This document shows, in pieces, positions 51,820 to 63,387 of a stretch of 64,000 bases of DNA. The number at the start of each line of letters is the position of its first letter. Positions within the stretch are counted from its first letter, which is position 1. Source of the stretch: an uncultured Actinomycetes bacterium. GTDB lineage: Bacteria; Actinomycetota; UBA4738; HRBIN12. The notes under the pieces are model-generated. The model was not told where the DNA came from. It saw nothing but the letters and a program-made list of their open reading frames with translations, and made no database searches. The DNA lies in assembly GCA_963744515.1 (NCBI GenBank), contig CAVUTN010000006.1, positions 76,280-140,279 of the forward strand, given 5' to 3'. A program made the translations under genes and the position numbers.

Positions 51820-52143
51820 TCAGTCGAGGAACGCCTCGATCGTCCGGTTGATCAGGTGGCCGAGCTCGTACAGCGCGAACGCGAGCGCCGCGGCGCCCAC
51901 CCCGAGCAGCACGATGACGCCGACGAGACCCTGCAGCCGGTCGCGGAGCCTCGGGTCCTGCGTCGAGACCTGGAGGTAGGCGTACCCGGGCGGCGGAGCG
52001 CCCGGCTCGATCGCCTCGACGGCCTCGTCCTGCTCCGACTCGCCGAACCCGGTCGCCGACGGCGACCGCTGGCCGCGGACCGTCCCCAGGTACACGGCGC
52101 AGCCGACGAGCACCGACAGCACGGCCACGAACATGAGCGGCAT
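51820..52143 (-). CDS. small two-TM membrane protein
   Basis: Track ORF 51820..52206 from ATG 52143 (MPLMFVAVLSVLVGCAVYLG...LQGLVGVIVLLGVGAAALAFALY). Confidence 0.5.
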   Translation of the reverse strand: MPLMFVAVLSVLVGCAVYLGTVRGQRSPSATGFGESEQDEAVEAIEPGAPPPGYAYLQVSTQDPRLRDRLQGLVGVIVLLGVGAAALAFALYELGHLINRTIEAFLD

Positions 52144-52204
52144 CGCGTGGGGAGCGTACCCCCGCTCCTGCCTCGTATGCGCGACCTGCCCGTACCATCG
52201 CTGC

Positions 52205-53179
52205 ATGCTGCGCTGGAAGCGTGTGGTGCTCTACGTCGCGATCGGAGCGATCGCGGGTCTGGCCGTCACCGTCTACCTGCCGTGGTACGCGGTCGGCCCG
52301 GGCCCGGCGCGCGCGGTCCAGCCGCTGATCCGGTTCGAGGACCGGACCCGGTACGAATCGCAGGGCAACTTCGTGATGACCTCGGTGAGGTACACGCGGC
52401 TGACCGGGTTCGACATGCTCCTGGCCTGGCTCGACCCCGATCGCGCCGTCGTCGCTCGTTCGGTCCTGTACCCGGACGGCGAGGACGTCCAGGTGGAGCG
52501 CGAACGCTCGATCTCGCAGATGGACTCGAGCAAGCTCGACGCGTCGGCGGTGGTCCTGCGGGCCCTCGAGGGGTACCCGAAGGACCACGGGGACGGCGTG
52601 CTGGTCGAGAGCGTCGTCACGGGTTGCGCCGCGGACGGCGAGCTGTTCCCCGGCGACCGGATCCTGTCGATCGACGGGGCACCGATCGACAGCTACCGCG
52701 ACGCGAGCCGGGCGATCGAGGCGGCCCCCTCGGGGTCCACGCTCACGTTCGACCTGTCGGTGGACGGCGATCCCGAGACCGTCGACCTCGTCCGCGAACC
52801 GTGCGGCGACAGCGCGGAGCCGTTGGTCGGGGTCCGGATGATCAACAGCTTCCCGTTCGACGTGCAGATCTCGAGCGGTGAGATCGGCGGCCCCTCGGCC
52901 GGCCTGATGTGGGCGCTCGGTCTGTACGACCTGCTCACCCCCGGCGACCTGACGGGCGGCCGGACGATCGCGGGCACCGGGCAGATCGCGCTCGACGGCA
53001 CCGTGATCCCGATCGCCGGGATCGAGGAGAAGCTCACGGCGGCGGCCGACGCCGGCGCGTCCGTCTTCCTGGTCCCCGAGGGCAACATGGAGGCGGCCAG
53101 GGCCTCGGGCGGCCACGGCCTCGAGCTCGTTCCGGTCGCCACCTTCGACGACGCGCTCGCGTACCTCGACGGTCGCTAG
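52205..53179 (+). CDS. PDZ-domain protein with Lon-protease (S16) C-terminal domain (SdrC/YlbL-like)
   Basis: ATG 52205 in track ORF 52133..53179. N-terminal TM, PDZ (GDRILSIDG), GGPSAGLMWALGLYD (Ser nucleophile) and IAGIEEK. Confidence 0.8.
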   Translation: MLRWKRVVLYVAIGAIAGLAVTVYLPWYAVGPGPARAVQPLIRFEDRTRYESQGNFVMTSVRYTRLTGFDMLLAWLDPDRAVVARSVLYPDGEDVQVERERSISQMDSSKLDASAVVLRALEGYPKDHGDGVLVESVVTGCAADGELFPGDRILSIDGAPIDSYRDASRAIEAAPSGSTLTFDLSVDGDPETVDLVREPCGDSAEPLVGVRMINSFPFDVQISSGEIGGPSAGLMWALGLYDLLTPGDLTGGRTIAGTGQIALDGTVIPIAGIEEKLTAAADAGASVFLVPEGNMEAARASGGHGLELVPVATFDDALAYLDGR

Positions 53180-53260
53180 CCCGATCCGTCCTCTTCGAGG
53201 ACCGGTGATAGGCTGGCGCCGCTTTCCCCATCGACCGCGGAAGACGGACACCAGGGACCT

Positions 53261-56169
53261 ATGGTCGTACGCGTTCCGACCGCAACACCCGCGCCGGGAC
53301 GGCGTCGGCTCATCATCATCGTCATCGCGGTGGTGGCCGGCCTCCTCGTCGCCTTCACCGCGCTGTCCGGGTTCTTCGTCGACGTCCTGTGGTTCCGCGA
53401 GGTCAACCTCTCCGACGTGTTCTGGACGGTCCTTCGGACCAAGGTCCTGCTCGGGGTGGCGTTCGGGCTCACGTTCTTCGTGCTCCTGTTCTCGAACCTG
53501 TGGATCGTCCGTCGCATCACGCCGCGCTTCCACGCGCTGACGCCCGAACAGGAGATCATCGAGCGCTACCGGATGCAGTTCGAGCCGTACATCCGCTGGC
53601 TCCTGCCGCTGTTCGCGCTGGTGATCGCGGTCTTCGTCGGGCTGGGGGTCACGACCCAGTGGCAGACGTATCTGCTGTGGCGCAACGGCTCCGGGTTGTC
53701 GTTCGGGAACCCCGAGCCGCTGTTCGGGCGCGATCCCGCCTTCTACGTGTTCACCCTGCCGTGGCTGAAGTTCATGCAGGGGTGGCTGTTCTCGGCGCTG
53801 GTCGGCGTGACGTTCCTGACCGCGCTCGCGCACTACCTGTGGGGCGGGATCCGGCCACAGGCGCCGGGCTTCGTCGACAAGGTGACGCCGCAGGTCAAGG
53901 CGCACATGTCGGTGCTCCTGGGCCTGATCATGCTCACGAAGGCGTGGGGCTACTACCTGGGGCAGTTCGACCTGCTGACCTCCACCCGCGGGGTCGTGGT
54001 CGGCGCCTCCTACACCGACGTGAACGCGCAGCTGCCCGCGCTCCGGATCCTGGTGGTGATCGCGATCGCGTGCGCGATCCTGTTCCTGGTCAACATCCGG
54101 CTCCGCGGGTGGGCGCTGCCCGTCATCGCGGTCGGTCTGCTCGCGCTGGTCTCGATCATCGCCGGCGCGGCGTACCCGGCGTTCGTCCAACGGTTCCGTG
54201 TCACGCCGCAGGAGTTCCAGCGCGAGGAGCCGTTCATCGTGGACAACATCGAGGCGACGCGACGAGCGTTCTCGCTCGATGGGATCCAGAGCAGCTCGCG
54301 TCCGATCGGGGAAGCGGTCACGAGCGAGGCCGTGCGCGCGAACGACGAGACGATCTCGAACATCCGCCTGTGGCGTCCCGACGTCCTGCGCGACAACTAC
54401 ATCTCGCTGCAGCGGTTCCGTTCGTACTACGAGTTCAACGACGTGGACGTCGACCGGTACGTCATCGACGGGCAGCGGCGCGTGCTGATGGTCTCGACGC
54501 GCGAGGTCGAGCCAGGCAGGGATCCCGGAGGGCGGCAAGACGTGGCAGAACGTCCACCTGCAGTACACGCACGGGTTCGGGGCCGTGGCCTCCCAGGTGA
54601 ACACCGCGACGACCGAGGGCCAACCCGTCTTCACGCTCAGCGACATCCCGCCCGTCGGGGCGCCCGCGCTCGAGGGCAACGGGCAACGCGTCTACTACGG
54701 CGAGGGCGCGCCGGGCGACGCCGCCTTCGTCGTCGTGGACACGGGCACCGACGAACTCGACTACCAGGGCACCGCGACCGACGACCAGGCGCAGGCGACG
54801 TTCTCCTACGACGGCGATGGCGGCATCCCGATCGGAGGCCTGTTCCAGCGCGCGCTGTTCGCGTGGCGCTACCGCGACGTCAACCTGTTGATCTCGGACC
54901 TGATCACCGGCGACAGCCGGATCATGATCTACCGGGACATCCTCTCCCGGGTCCCGAAGGCCGCCCCGTTCCTGCGCTTCGACGGCGACCCCTATTCCTC
55001 CGTCGTGGACGGGCGGCTCGTCTGGATCTGGGACGCCTACACGACGACGAACGAGTACCCGTATTCGGACTTCGTCGACCTCGCCGAGGTCGCGTCGCCG
55101 TCGACGCAGGAGCGGGCACCCTCGCTCGGCGGGGACGTGAACTACCTCCGCAACTCCGTGAAGGTCGTCGTCGACGCCTACGACGGCTCGATGCGCTACT
55201 ACGTCGCGGATCCGGACGACCCGATCATCCAGGCGTGGAGCCTCGCGTTCCCGACCATGTTCACCCCGATCGTCGAGGCGCCGCCCGAACTGCTCTCGCA
55301 CTTCCGTTACCCGGAGAACCTGTTCCAGATCCAGGCGTTCCAGTACACGAACTACCACGTCACCGATCCGAACGTGTTCTACGGCAAGCAGGACTTCTGG
55401 GCGCTGCCGATCGACCCGACCGTGTCCACGGCGTCCGACCGCCGCCTGATGCGGCCGTACTACGTCCTGATGCGATTGCCGGGGGAGGCGGACGAGACGT
55501 TCGTGCTGATCCTCCCCTTCACGCCGCTCGACCGGCAGAACATGGTGGCCTGGCTCGCGGCCAAGTCGGACCCCGGGCCGGACTACGGCGACATCGTGAG
55601 CTTCGAGTTCCCGTCGGGGGTGAACGTCGACGGGCCGACGCAGGTCTTCTCCCGGATCAACCAGGACGCGCGCTTCTCCGCGGAACGGACGCTGCTCGGT
55701 CAGGGCGGATCGGCGATCGTGTTCGGTGACTTCCTCGTGATCCCGCTCCAGGACTCGCTGCTGTACGTCCAGCCCGTGTACGTCCAGTCCAACCAGGAGA
55801 ACGCGATCCCCGAGCTCAAACGCGTGGTGGTCGCGAACGGTTCCGCGATCGGGATCGGGTCGTCCCTGCGCGCGGCGTTGACCGATTCGCTCGGCGAGGT
55901 CGTGCCTCCCGAGGACGGAGGCCAGGCCGCCGCAGGGTTCGGTCGAGGAACAGATCCAGGTCCTGCTCGACCAGGCGGCCCAGCACTTCGCCGCGGCCGA
56001 CACCGCGCTGCGCGCGGGTGACCTCGCCACGTACCAGACCGAGATCGTGGCCGCCCAGGCCGCCACCGCGCAGGCGCAGCAGCTGATCGCCAGCCTGCTC
56101 GGTGCAGAGCCGACGGGTTCCCCCTCGCCCTCGGTCACCCCGTCGCCTTCGCCGAGCCCCTCCGGCTGA
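53261..56169 (+). CDS. UPF0182-family large membrane protein; +1 frameshifts near 54515 and 55925
   Basis: Track ORFs 53261.. and 54585..56021 plus a third frame ending at TGA 56167-56169. FFVDVLWFREV..., QYTHGFGAV..., LLYVQPVYVQS..., with a Ser/Pro-rich tail. Confidence 0.85.
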
Positions 56170-56257
56170 CCGGCCGGCTCCATCCGGTCGAACGGGGAAC
56201 CACCCGGTCGGGCGCGGTCGTCGAACCGCGATACGCCGACCGGAAGGAGCACCTCCG

Positions 56258-57343
56258 ATGCGACCCCTCCGTCTGCCGCTCGCGATCGTCCTCGGTCTGT
56301 TCGTGCTGCTCGTCGCCGCGCCCGCGTGGGCGTGCGGCGGGCTCATCAACACGAACGGGAGCGTCACGCTCGTCCGCACCACGACGCTCGCCGCCTACCA
56401 CCAGGGGGTCGAGCACTACGTCACGTCGTTCGAGTTCGCCGGGGGCGAGGGGGAGTTCGGTTCGATCATCCCGCTGCCGGGCGTGCCGACGAAGGTGATC
56501 CGCGGCGGCGACTGGACGCTGCAACGCCTCGTGCAGGAGACGCAGCCGCAGCCGGAGGCGTTCGCGCTCGCGGCGACGGCGGCCGGCGCGGCCGAGGATC
56601 GGGCGACGGTGATCCTGAAGACCGAGATCGACGCGCTCGACATCGTCGTGCTCGAAGGCGGCGGGACGGCGGTCGGGGACTGGGCGCGCGAACACGGGTT
56701 CTTCCTTCCCCCCGACGCGCCCGAGGTGCTCGACTTCTACGCCGAGCGGAGCCCGATCTTCATGACCGTGCGGTTCGACGCGAGCCGCGCCGCCGAACAG
56801 GGTCTCGGCGCCGGCGACGGCACCCCCGTCCACGTCGTGATCCCGACCACGAACCCGTGGGTCCCGCTGCGGATCCTCGGGCTCGGCGCGGGCGCCGAGG
56901 CGCCCGTCGAGGCCGACGTGTACCTGCTCACCGACCTCGAGCCCGCGACGCTGCCGGCGGCGCTCAGCCCCGGCCTCGCCGCCCGGCTCCCCGAGGGCGT
57001 TCGTCCCGGCCTCGTGCTCGAACGCAGCGAGGCGGCGTCTCGCTCCCTGCTGACCGACCTCCGCAACGACAAGGGGATGGACTGGCTGCCCTCGAGCGGC
57101 ATGTGGCTCAGCTATCTGCGCGTCGACGCCAACGCGGGCGACCTCGACTACGACCTCGCGATCGATGCGAGCGGCGCCGGCCAGCCCTCGCCCGTGGCCG
57201 CGGGGCTGGGTCCCGAGGCCGCCGCGGATCCCACCGGCACGCCCTCGTTCGCACCGGCGATCTGGACCGCGATCGCCGTGCTCGTGCTGCTGGGCGTGGC
57301 GGGAGGTCGCGAGCGTCGCCGGACCGGACGCCCGGCGGTCTGA
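56258..57343 (+). CDS. DUF2330-family secreted/membrane-anchored protein
   Basis: ATG 56258 in track ORF 56102..57343. Signal peptide ...APAWACGGL (ACGG motif) and a C-terminal TM. Confidence 0.7.
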   Translation: MRPLRLPLAIVLGLFVLLVAAPAWACGGLINTNGSVTLVRTTTLAAYHQGVEHYVTSFEFAGGEGEFGSIIPLPGVPTKVIRGGDWTLQRLVQETQPQPEAFALAATAAGAAEDRATVILKTEIDALDIVVLEGGGTAVGDWAREHGFFLPPDAPEVLDFYAERSPIFMTVRFDASRAAEQGLGAGDGTPVHVVIPTTNPWVPLRILGLGAGAEAPVEADVYLLTDLEPATLPAALSPGLAARLPEGVRPGLVLERSEAASRSLLTDLRNDKGMDWLPSSGMWLSYLRVDANAGDLDYDLAIDASGAGQPSPVAAGLGPEAAADPTGTPSFAPAIWTAIAVLVLLGVAGGRERRRTGRPAV

Positions 57344-57351
57344 GGCCCGCG

Positions 57352-57744
57352 ATGCGGCGAGGTCTGTCGGCGGTCGCGCTCGTGGCGCTCGCCGCGTGCG
57401 CGCCCGCGTCCGCGTCGCCGTCCGTGCGGACCGTGGCGATCGGGATCCACTACTCGGCGTTCTCGCTCGACACGATCGACGTCGAGCCGGGCGAGACCGT
57501 GAGGTTCGTCGTCACGAACACGGACCCGATCGATCACGAGTTCATCATCGGGGACCAGGCCGTGCAGGTCGCGCACGAGCTCGGGACCGAGGCGTTCCAC
57601 CCGCCGCGGCCGGGGGAGATCACGATCCCGGCGGGCGAGACGGTCAGCACGACGTTCACGTTCGGCGAGCGCGACCTGTTGTTCGGGTGCCACCTGCCGG
57701 GCCACTACGTGTACGGCATGCGCGGGACGATCGAGGTCGTCTGA
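57352..57744 (+). CDS. cupredoxin-like (plastocyanin/azurin family) copper-binding lipoprotein
   Basis: MRRGLSAVALVALAACAP (lipobox); H..CHLPGHYVYGM gives His/Cys/His/Met type-1 copper ligand spacing. Confidence 0.75.
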   Translation: MRRGLSAVALVALAACAPASASPSVRTVAIGIHYSAFSLDTIDVEPGETVRFVVTNTDPIDHEFIIGDQAVQVAHELGTEAFHPPRPGEITIPAGETVSTTFTFGERDLLFGCHLPGHYVYGMRGTIEVV

Positions 57745-57790
57745 AGGGCCTGCGGTTTGGCGGCTCCCCGAGGCGTCGGTATCATCGTGC

Positions 57791-57864
57791 TGCGGGGTGG
57801 AGCAGTCCGGTAGCTCGCTGGGCTCATAACCCAGAGGTCACGGGTTCAAATCCCGTCCCCGCGA
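57791..57864 (+). tRNA. tRNA-Met (anticodon CAT), initiator-like; CCA not encoded
   Basis: Hand-folded cloverleaf: acceptor TGCGGGG/CCCCGCG, D arm GAGC/GCTC, anticodon arm CTGGG-CTCATAA-CCCAG (three G:C pairs next to the loop, as in initiators), T arm ACGGG-TTCAAAT-CCCGT, discriminator A. Confidence 0.85.
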
Positions 57865-57976
57865 CGAGAGGAAGGGCAGGTCCGATCGGCTGCCAGGTAG
57901 GCCGGCTCCTTTTCATCGCCTGATCTCATCCGCCTGACCAACGCCGATGGAGGGTGCTGCGCATCCACCGAGCTGG

Positions 57977-58537
57977 CTAGCGCCCTCGCGTGTAGCGGCG
58001 TAGCACTCGCAGCGAAGGTCGGCGTGTCGGGCGACGTCCGCGACGTCTCGGAGCTCGCGGATCTGCTCGAAGAACGGACGCCACCGCCAACCAGGATCGC
58101 GCTCCATCATCCGGTACTGTCGATCGGACCCAGCGCGGCCGCCTCGGCGGCGAGACCGCGCCTCCGATCGCGATGTCGCCCTCTCCGGGCTCGGCTCGCA
58201 CCGACGATCCCTCCGCCAGGCCGCCGGAGCAGGACGCGTCATCGCACGTGCACCGCCGATCAGCGTCGGTGGCGAACACGAACGTCTCGCGCGCGGCTTC
58301 CTCGAGCGCGGCTCGCGCTCGAGCTCCGAGTCGCCGAGCGACGACCGGTCGGCGGTCTCCCAGACAGCATCGTCTCGTACAGCCGTCGTCCCAACAGGTG
58401 GACGCCGACCCCTCGATCTCGTCGATCCAGAAGCGAAAGACCTCCTCGTCGAACCCCGGCCAGTCGAAGCCGACCGTCCGGCGCGAGGATGAAGCCGACA
58501 AGATCGAAACAGTCATCGAATAGGTCACGCTGCGCAT
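57977..58537 (-). pseudogene. dihydrofolate-reductase-like (RibD C-terminal domain) family protein, at least five frame breaks
   Basis: GGAGGAGG RBS then ATG 58537. MRSVTYSMTVS / LVGFILAPDG / FDWPGFDEEVFRFWIDEIEG / GVHLLGRRLYETML / ... / DEYRMM... / ..LRYTRGR fragments are spread over all three frames. Confidence 0.6.
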
Positions 58538-58671
58538 CAGACGTCCTCCTCCGGCTCTGACGGGTTTGGACGGGCACGACCGCCGACGCACGAAGGACTC
58601 ATCGCCTCGCGAGTCCCATAGGGGTTCGCGACTCGCGGTGGAGCGCCGCCAGGACGCCCCCTTCGGCGTTC

Positions 58672-58854
58672 CTAGGCCTCGGTGGGCGGGGCCGGCGCGT
58701 CGTCGGCGTGGACCACGAGCCACGGGATGATCGAGTACGGGATCACCGTGACGAAGAGCGGCCAGCTCGAGTCCACGGCGTTGGCCAACCCGATCAGCCC
58801 GAACCCGATCAGGAACAGGACGACGATCGCCGCGAACCGCCGCTGGTCGGTCAC
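58672..58854 (-). CDS. small two-TM membrane protein (60 aa)
   Basis: Track ORF: MTDQRRFAAIVVLFLIGFGLIGLANAVDSSWPLFVTVIPYSIIPWLVV... Confidence 0.5.
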   Translation of the reverse strand: MTDQRRFAAIVVLFLIGFGLIGLANAVDSSWPLFVTVIPYSIIPWLVVHADDAPAPPTEA

Positions 58855-58975
58855 GCAGGCATCCTAGCGGTTCGCGCCCCTCGATCGGATCGCGATAGGA
58901 TCGCGTGCCCGCCGGGCGAACCGCTCGGGCGCGGGCACCGAGGAACGCGAGCCGGGAACCGAGGAGGAGCTCCAG

Positions 58976-59395
58976 GTGGCAGCCCCGAGCGTCGCGAACA
59001 ACCTCGCCAACGTGCCGATCTTCTCCGGCTGCTCCAAGCGGGAGCTCGGGATCATCGCCCGGGCCTCGAAGGAGGTCACGCACAAGGAGGGCACCGTGAT
59101 CGCCCGGGAGGGCGAGCGCGGCATCGGCCTGTTCCTGATCCTCGACGGGCAGTGCAAGGTCACGATCGGCGGCAAGACCAAGGCGCGCCTTGGTGCCGGC
59201 GACTTCTTCGGTGAGGTCGCGCTGCTCGACGGCGGTCCCCGGACCGCGACCGTGACGGCGCTCTCGGAGGTCCGCCTCGTCGGCATCACCGGCTGGGTCT
59301 TCCGGGGCCTGCTGATGGAGCACCCGACGATCGCGCTGAAGACGCTCGAGGCCGTGGCCGGGCGCCTGCGTTCGGTCACCAAGGAGGCCGTCTAG
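58976..59395 (+). CDS. cyclic-nucleotide-binding domain protein
   Basis: Track ORF of 139 aa; GDFFGEVALLDGGPRTATV is the cNMP-binding phosphate-binding cassette. Confidence 0.8.
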   Translation: MAAPSVANNLANVPIFSGCSKRELGIIARASKEVTHKEGTVIAREGERGIGLFLILDGQCKVTIGGKTKARLGAGDFFGEVALLDGGPRTATVTALSEVRLVGITGWVFRGLLMEHPTIALKTLEAVAGRLRSVTKEAV

Positions 59396-59411
59396 TCCCG
59401 CCGCACTGGCG

Positions 59412-60325
59412 GTGGCCATGACCGAGGTCCCGGACGAGGTCCGCGCGCTCGCGGCCGAGCGTGACGAACGCCGCCGGGTCAAGGACTTCGCCGCCGCCGA
59501 CTCGCTCCGCGACCGCATCGAGGAGCTCGGCTTCGCGGTGATCGACGGGCCCGAGGGACCGTCGTTCGAGCCGCTCGCCACCGCCGAACCCCGTCGCATC
59601 GCCCCGCATGACGTCGAGAGCGTGCTCGACGAACCGCCGACCGCGGACGTGAGCGTGCACTGGGTGGTCGAGGGATGGCCCGAGGACGTGGCGCGAGCGC
59701 TCGCCGGCTTCCGCGCGAACGAGGGAGGCCGCGACGTCCAGTACGTCGTCGCCGACGTCACCGAGACGGACCCCGCGACCTACGGCGACGGCGTCGAGGT
59801 CCTCGCAGCTGGAGACCGGGACGGGCTGGGGCGCCGCGCGGAACGCGGGGCTCAAGCGTTCGCGGGGTCGGATCGTCCTGGTGATGGACGGGTCGGTCGA
59901 ACCCACGGGGGACGTGTTCGGGCCGCTCGAGGCCGCGCTCGGCGATCCGAGCGTGGGTGTCACCGGGCCGTTCGGCATCTCGACCGAGGACCTGCGCGAG
60001 TTCCACGACAGCGACGGGCCGGAGGTGGACGCGATCGAGGGGTACCTGATGGCGTTCCGCCGGGACGTGATCCGCGACGTCGGGCTGTTCGACGAGAAGT
60101 TCCGCTGGTACCGGACGGCGGACATCGAGTGCTCGTTCCGGATCAAGGACGCCGGGCATGCGGGCCCTCCGGGTCGACGTGCCGGTGACCAAGCACGAGC
60201 ATCGGATGTACCACGCCACGCCCGAGGCCGAACGCGACCGGCTCTCCAAGCGCAACTTCTACCGGTTCCTCGAACGGTTCCGGGACCGCTACGACCTGCT
60301 CGTGGAGCCTCCGACCGACGTCTAG
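59412..60325 (+). CDS. glycosyltransferase family 2-like protein; +1 frameshifts near 59805 and 60155
   Basis: ...GWGAARNAGLKRSRGRIVLVMDGSVEP...IEGYLMAFRRDV...FRWYRTADIECSFRIKDAG / MRALRVDVPVTKHEHRMYH..., ending at TAG 60323-60325. Confidence 0.65.
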
Positions 60326-62247
60326 GACTGGCCGGGCTGCAGCACGATGTCCGGTACCGCTGGAGCCCGACGCGGCTCGCCGTCGTCGCTGTTGCGCCGC
60401 GCGTGGGCCTCGAGCTCCTCGGGCGTGGGGATCGGCTTGCTCCCGTCGAAGTACGCCTGCAGGTCGGGGCCGTCGATCACCTCGTCGACGATCAGGATCT
60501 TCGAGAGCTGATCGAGGAGCCCCCGGTGGCGCGTGAGCACCTCGGTGGCGCGGTCGTGCGCCTCGTTCACGAGCCGGGCGGTCTCCTCGTCGATCAGCGC
60601 GGCCAGATCGTCCGAGAGCTCGGGCGAGCTCCCCGGGTACAGGAACGCCGCGCCCCCGCGGAACCCGTCGTGTCCGAACGACACCGGTCCGATCTTCGGG
60701 CTCATGCCGTACTCGGTCACCATCGCGCGCGAGATCTCGGTGGCGCGCTCCAGGTCGTTCTGCGCGCCGGTCGAGACCACCATGTCGAACAGGATCTCCT
60801 CCGCCGTGCGGCCGCCGAGCAGCACCGCGAGGCGGTCCTTGAGCTCGGGCTCGGTGAGCAGGTATCGGTCCTCGAGCGGTCGTTGCATCGTCATCCCGAG
60901 CGCCGCAGCCCCGCGCGGGATGATCGAGACGCGGTGCACCGGGTCGGCGGTCGGCGCGGTGAGCGCGACGATCGCGTGGCCCATCTCGTGGATCGCCACC
61001 CGCTCCTTGTCCTTCACGGACATCACGCGGCTCTTGCGTTCCAGGCCCGCGACGGTGCGGTCGATCGCCTCCTCGAGCTCGGACATCGTGACCGCGTCCC
61101 GCTCCCGGCGGGCGGCGAGCAGCGCGGCCTCGTTCACGACGTTGGCGAGGTCGGCGCCCGTGAACCCCGGCGTCCGCGAGGCGAGCACGCGGAGGTCCAC
61201 CTGCGGGTCCAGCGCGACGCCGCGGACGTGGACCTTGAGGATCTCCTCCCGGCCCCGGAGGTCGGGTTGGTCGACCACGACCTGGCGGTCGAACCGGCCC
61301 GGACGCACCAGCGCGGGGTCGAGCACGTCGGGGCGGTTGGTGGCCGCCATGATGATCACGCCCTTCTGCGAGTCGAACCCGTCCATCTCGACCAGCAGCT
61401 GGTTCAGCGTCTGCTCGCGCTCGTCGTGCCCGCCGAAGCCGGCGCCGAGCGCACCCCCGCGTCCCTTGCCGATCGTGTCGATCTCGTCGAGGAACACGAG
61501 CGCGGGCGCCTTCTCCTTGGCCTGTTGGAACAGCTCGCGGACGCGCGCGGCCCCCAGGCCGACGAACATCTCGACGAACTCGGAGCCGGACATGAAGAAG
61601 AACGGCACGTTCGCCTCACCGGCCACCGCCCTGGCGAGCAGGGTCTTGCCGCACCCCGGCGGTCCGAGCAGCAGCACGCCCTTGGGGATCCGGCCGCCCA
61701 GCCGCTGGTACTTCTTCGGGTTGCTCAGGAACTCGACGATCTCCTTGAGCTCCTCCTTCGCCTCGTCCACGCCGGCGACGTCGGCGAACGTCGTCTTCAG
61801 CTCCTTGCGGTCGTAGATCTTGACCTTGTTGCGGCCGAGGTTCAGCGCCGCGCCCGCCTGCGCGCCGCTCATGCGCCGTACGAGGAAGAACCACAGGAAC
61901 CCGAACAGCAGGAGCGGAACCACCCACCCCACCAGGAAGGTCTGGAGGCCGTTCGGCGTCACGCCGGTGTAGTTGATCCCGGCGGCGTCGAGCTGATCGG
62001 TCAGCGTCGACGTCCCCTGCAGGATCGGAGGGATCGTGGTGTTGAAGTCGACCTCGCCGGTCGAGTCCTCGTATCGGCCCGACACCGTGGTCTGGGTGAT
62101 CTCGAGCGTCCCGACGATCTGGCCGTCCTTGACCCGTTCGAGGAAGTTCGAGTAGTCGATCGTGTTCGGGCGGGGCGAGGTCAGGAACTGGAACGTGATC
62201 AGGATCAGGACGAAGACGACGGCCCAGACCCAGGGCGACGAGCGCAT
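60322..62247 (-). CDS. ftsH: ATP-dependent zinc metalloprotease FtsH
   Basis: Track ORF 60322..63009. Start ATG 62247 (alternative GTG 62322). [11 protein letters not shown] (Walker A), FLDEID, HEMGHA (zinc site). Intact at about 641 aa. Confidence 0.9.
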   Translation of the reverse strand: MRSSPWVWAVVFVLILITFQFLTSPRPNTIDYSNFLERVKDGQIVGTLEITQTTVSGRYEDSTGEVDFNTTIPPILQGTSTLTDQLDAAGINYTGVTPNGLQTFLVGWVVPLLLFGFLWFFLVRRMSGAQAGAALNLGRNKVKIYDRKELKTTFADVAGVDEAKEELKEIVEFLSNPKKYQRLGGRIPKGVLLLGPPGCGKTLLARAVAGEANVPFFFMSGSEFVEMFVGLGAARVRELFQQAKEKAPALVFLDEIDTIGKGRGGALGAGFGGHDEREQTLNQLLVEMDGFDSQKGVIIMAATNRPDVLDPALVRPGRFDRQVVVDQPDLRGREEILKVHVRGVALDPQVDLRVLASRTPGFTGADLANVVNEAALLAARRERDAVTMSELEEAIDRTVAGLERKSRVMSVKDKERVAIHEMGHAIVALTAPTADPVHRVSIIPRGAAALGMTMQRPLEDRYLLTEPELKDRLAVLLGGRTAEEILFDMVVSTGAQNDLERATEISRAMVTEYGMSPKIGPVSFGHDGFRGGAAFLYPGSSPELSDDLAALIDEETARLVNEAHDRATEVLTRHRGLLDQLSKILIVDEVIDGPDLQAYFDGSKPIPTPEELEAHARRNSDDGEPRRAPAVPDIVLQPGQS

Positions 62248-62487
62248 CCGGCGGGGTCCGCTCGGCGCTCCTCCCAGGTCGAACCCCTGCCAGCGTCCGC
62301 GTTTGCCGTCGTTGTTCGCCACTGGCCTCCCATCTTCCCATCGAAGTTCGCCGAACGACATGCGGGGTTGGAGGTCGCGGTCGATGCGGGATACTGAGGG
62401 TTCGCTCGGCGCTCGAGCGGGTGGGACGCAGACGCGGCCAAGAGTGCGGGCCAGAGAGAGCGGCCAACGAGGCGGAAAGGAGGGTCG

Positions 62488-63078
62488 GTGGTGGCGCGGA
62501 GCCCGGTGGCGCCCCCGGAGGACCCCGCCCTGCGCGAGCGGTTCGAGCGCGAGGTCCTCCCGCTGCTGCCCAACCTGTACGGGGCCGCCCTGCGGATGAC
62601 CCGCAACCCCCAGGACGCCGAGGACCTCGTGCAGGAGACCTACCTCCGCGCCTACCGCGGGTTCTCCGGTTTCCGCGAGGGCACGAACCTGCGCGCCTGG
62701 GTCTACCGGATCCTGACCAACACGTTCATCAACTCCTACCGCAAGAAGCAGCGCGAGCCGGTCACCGTGCCCGACGACGACACGTCGGACTGGTACCTGT
62801 ACGACAAGCTCGGCGCCTCGAACGTGGAGGCCTCGGCGGAGTCCGAGGTGCTCGAGAAGATCCCCGACGAGGACGTCCAGCGGGCGCTGGAGGACCTGCC
62901 CGAGGCGTTCCGGATGGCCGTGCTGCTCGCGGACATCGAGGGGTTCAGCTACAAGGAGATCGCCGAGATCATGGACGTCCCGATCGGGACCGTGATGTCC
63001 CGTCTGCACCGGGGAAGGAAAGCCCTGCAGAAGGCGTTGTGGGAAACGGTACGGGAGCGAGGCCTTGTCACCGACTGA
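62488..63078 (+). CDS. sigH: ECF sigma factor of the SigH/SigR type
   Basis: Track [20 protein letters not shown] (region 2) and [23 protein letters not shown] (region 4). Followed by a ZAS anti-sigma gene. Confidence 0.85.
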   Translation: MVARSPVAPPEDPALRERFEREVLPLLPNLYGAALRMTRNPQDAEDLVQETYLRAYRGFSGFREGTNLRAWVYRILTNTFINSYRKKQREPVTVPDDDTSDWYLYDKLGASNVEASAESEVLEKIPDEDVQRALEDLPEAFRMAVLLADIEGFSYKEIAEIMDVPIGTVMSRLHRGRKALQKALWETVRERGLVTD

Positions 63079-63313
63079 CTGCGAACACGTGCTGAAGCAG
63101 ATCGAGCTCTACCTCGACGGGGAGCTCGTCGCTTCCATGCGCCTCGAGATCGAGCAGCACCTGGGCGGCTGCGACCCCTGCAGCGGGCACGCCGCGTTCC
63201 AGCGACGGCTCAAGGAGCTCCTTCGGTCCAAGTGCGGGTGCGACGAGGTACCGCCCGAGCTCGTCGACCGCCTCCGGACGCTGCTCGACCCGCCCCACGC
63301 GCACCCCGCCTAG
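63065..63313 (+). CDS. rsrA: zinc-binding anti-sigma factor (RsrA/RshA type)
   Basis: Track ORF overlapping the sigH end. HLGGCDPC is the HxxxCxxC ZAS motif, with additional Cys (SKCGC). Confidence 0.85.
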   Translation: MSPTDCEHVLKQIELYLDGELVASMRLEIEQHLGGCDPCSGHAAFQRRLKELLRSKCGCDEVPPELVDRLRTLLDPPHAHPA

Positions 63314-63387
63314 CCCCCGTCCCGGTCGGCCGAGCCGCCGGGAACCTGCGGACCGAACCCCCCTCGCGCGGGCGTCGAATCGGGAAC

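Noticed and set aside
62248-62487. Autoregulatory SigH/SigR-type promoter (GGAAT-N18-GTT) in the ftsH-sigH spacer.
   Set aside because: Only loose matches were seen (GGGAT, GGGAC) with the wrong spacing.
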